A stretch of DNA of 64,000 bases from an uncultured Clostridia bacterium (lineage in GTDB: Bacteria; Bacillota; Clostridia; Oscillospirales; Acutalibacteraceae). Location: assembly GCA_946185345.1 (NCBI GenBank), contig CAMHJC010000001.1:486-64485 (forward strand), written 5' to 3'. The notes under the pieces were generated by a model. The model saw only the letters and a program-made list of their open reading frames with translations. It was not told the DNA's origin and searched no databases. A program made the position numbers and the translations under genes. The number at the start of each line of letters is the position of its first letter. Position 1 is the first letter of the stretch. Below are positions 62,085 through 64,000 of the stretch, piece after piece.

Positions 62085-62357
62085 TCAGTTTTCCAGCGCG
62101 GAGAAGAACATTTCGTAGGCGTCGTCCCAGCCGTCAGGGCCTTCCACGCCTCCGCCGTTGACGCTGCGCAGCATGGCGGCATTGAATTCCTCCCCCATAG
62201 TGAATAATTCGCCTACCGTCACGGGATATCCCAGCGATGTGGCACATTCGCAGAACGCCGCAGACGGATCGGGGGCATTTCTTGTGGCAAGCAGCGCCGA
62301 CTTGATGCTTTCATCATGAAGCGCCGCAACAAGCAGTTTGTTCAGAGTTTCATTCAT
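62085..62357 (-). CDS. Nif11-domain-like small protein
   Basis: ATG 62357 follows GAGAGG. MNETLNKLLVAALHDESIKSALLATRNAPDPSAAFCECATSLGYPVTVGELF resembles the Nif11 N-terminal domain. It is followed by ...SVNGGGVEGPDGWDDAYEMFFSALEN. Confidence 0.5.
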   Translation of the reverse strand: MNETLNKLLVAALHDESIKSALLATRNAPDPSAAFCECATSLGYPVTVGELFTMGEEFNAAMLRSVNGGGVEGPDGWDDAYEMFFSALEN

Positions 62358-62629
62358 ATGGTTCGCCTCTCGGTTCATTCAGTATTTTCGGCATGTTTAC
62401 ATATTAACCGACTGAATGTATTATACCACAAGGTCCGCCGTTTTTCTACCGTTTTGCGCCCAATAATATTGATTTTTTTGTGATTGAAAGGTATAATACG
62501 GAGTGTGGATTTCATAAAAAAAGTGCGGCTCATCCGCCAATCTGACAGGCGGAGTGATGGAAGGCGCATGCGCTCCGCACTCCGCAATGAAAAAAATCCA
62601 CGCTCCAATCCGAATCAGGGAGGAATATC

Positions 62630-63112
62630 ATGCTCACCGTCAATATCATCTGCGTCGGAAATCTGAAGGAACAGTACTGGCGGGACGCCTGTGCCGAATA
62701 CGCCAAAAGGCTCGGCGGCTTCTGCAAATTTTCCATTGCGGAGGTGAGCGAGAGCCGCCTGCCCAAGTCTTATTCCGACGCCGACATCGCAAAGGTCATC
62801 GAAAGCGAAGGCGCGAGAATTCTTGAAAAAATCCCCTCAGGCAGCTTCGTCGCCGCAATGTGCATAGAAGGCAGGGAACTCAGTTCCACACAGCTCGCCG
62901 CCCGTCTGGAGCAGATCGCTCTGAACGGCAAAAGCCGTGTGGATTTCATTATAGGCGGCTCCTACGGCCTGAGCGAAAGCGTCAAAAGACGTGCCGACCT
63001 GCGGCTCTCCATGTCGCCCATGACCTTTCCGCACCAGCTGGCCAGAGTCATGCTTTGCGAGCAGATCTACCGTGCGTTTTCGATCAACGCCGACACCAAA
63101 TATCACAAATAA
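62630..63112 (+). CDS. rlmH: 23S rRNA (pseudouridine1915-N3)-methyltransferase
   Basis: N-terminus is MLTVNIICVGNLKEQYWRDACAEYAKRL. The SPOUT C-terminus has IGGSYGL and the tail PHQLARVMLCEQIYRAF. Confidence 0.9.
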   Translation: MLTVNIICVGNLKEQYWRDACAEYAKRLGGFCKFSIAEVSESRLPKSYSDADIAKVIESEGARILEKIPSGSFVAAMCIEGRELSSTQLAARLEQIALNGKSRVDFIIGGSYGLSESVKRRADLRLSMSPMTFPHQLARVMLCEQIYRAFSINADTKYHK

Positions 63113-63126
63113 CCGCTGTCTTCCGC

Positions 63127-63582
63127 CTATCGCACCGTGGTGAACATCCAGTAGATGATCCCGTAGATCACCGAAGCGGATATGCCGAACACCAGCACAG
63201 GCCCGGCTATCTTGAACATATTGGCGCCGATGCCGAATACATGTCCCTCCGATTTGAATTCGATGGCGGGTGACACGATGGAATTGGAAAATCCCGTGAT
63301 AGGCACAAGCGTTCCCGCACCGGCGAATTTGGCTATTTTGGCAAACAGTCCCAACGCGGTCAGAATCGCCGCCGCCGCTATCAGGGCAATGGAGGCGGCG
63401 GTCTTTGAGGTATCCTGCGCAAATCCGGCCTTCATCATGACATCGGTCACAAGCTGTCCGACGCAGCACACCAGGCCGCCGATGACAAAGGCATAGACAC
63501 AGTCCTTGATCACCGGAGAGGGAGGCACGGCCTGCCGGGTCATCTTTTGGTATTCCTGGGGTGATATCTTTATACTTGACAT
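63127..63582 (-). CDS. spoVAC: Stage V sporulation protein AC
   Basis: 151 aa. Motifs KDCVYAFVIGGLVCCVGQ and GAGTLVPITGFSNSIVSPAIEFKSEG are typical of SpoVAC. Confidence 0.9.
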   Translation of the reverse strand: MSSIKISPQEYQKMTRQAVPPSPVIKDCVYAFVIGGLVCCVGQLVTDVMMKAGFAQDTSKTAASIALIAAAAILTALGLFAKIAKFAGAGTLVPITGFSNSIVSPAIEFKSEGHVFGIGANMFKIAGPVLVFGISASVIYGIIYWMFTTVR

Positions 63583-63889
63583 TGATCTGTCAGCTCCTTT
63601 CAGGGATTATTTTTCCCGTGGCGGCCGGATTTATTTTTTTATCCCGCAAAAAAATCCCATGAGTCAGACAAGGGGAGCATCGCTTTACCGCAATAATATG
63701 TCAGATTGCTAAAAGATGGGCCGTAATATTGATTTTATAGTAAAAATAATCATAAATTTTTGTATGGTATGTGAAAATAGTATGATGACGCTTTACAAAT
63801 AAAAAAGCTTGATGTATAATATATGGTAGGATTTATGTAAATAATTAGTTCTATTCTTTCATATTTTATTTGAATGGAGGCCAATTGAC

Positions 63890-64000
63890 ATGGCATGTAC
63901 AGATACAGAAATGAAGCTCTATGAAATTTGGAAAACCAAGGCGGCGGACGGTGATATCCTCGCCGAACTCAATGAAGTCGAAGGCAAGGACGAAGAAATA
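63890..64000 (+). CDS. Phospho-sugar mutase-like protein, N-terminal fragment (continues past the window end)
   Basis: ATG 63890 follows GGAGG. MACTDTEMKLYEIWKTKAADGDILAELNEVEGKDEEI resembles the N-terminus of Firmicute PgcA-type mutases. Only 37 codons are visible. Confidence 0.45.
   Translation, partial: MACTDTEMKLYEIWKTKAADGDILAELNEVEGKDEEI

Overview
This is a 64-kb chromosomal window from a spore-forming Firmicute of class Clostridia. The taxon is inferred from gene content only (SCIFF/scfB-yajC-tgt-queA block, spoVAC, membrane pyrophosphatase) and cannot be proven here. The window has three parts.

(1) 1-3.8 kb holds the 5' part of a serine-rich-repeat adhesin gene. It lies divergent from an AgrA/AgrC-like LytTR two-component system.

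(2) 4-28 kb is one long minus-strand accessory block next to three tRNA genes. It starts with a type VIIb-like secretion core (EssC with FHA domains, YukD/EsaB-like, two WXG100). Two paralogous lipoprotein + lipase-effector pairs follow, in which the secretion-type helical domain sits at the C-terminus. Then come three small WXG-like proteins and a complete Thr-phosphorylation module: a pseudokinase/Zn-ribbon/FHA protein, a PP2C phosphatase and a transmembrane Hanks kinase. Two membrane proteins and a 2520-aa Ig-repeat surface protein close the block. The canonical EssA, EssB and EsaA genes are not present. This block is the best candidate for an undescribed system variant.

(3) 29-64 kb is mostly housekeeping:
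- SCIFF RiPP pair
- yajC, tgt, queA
- lysine-riboswitch-asd-dapA-dapB
- hppA, glgB, rsmA, rlmH, spoVAC

Interspersed are decayed genes: toxin-antitoxin remnants, a frameshifted HIT gene and a multiply disrupted LRR/Big_2 surface protein. There are also at least three non-coding repeat families: a 166-179 bp MITE-like element in 3 copies, heptamer-array/GC-hairpin modules, and a 25-nt repeat tied to miniature insertions. No CRISPR array, rRNA, integrase or transposase gene was seen.
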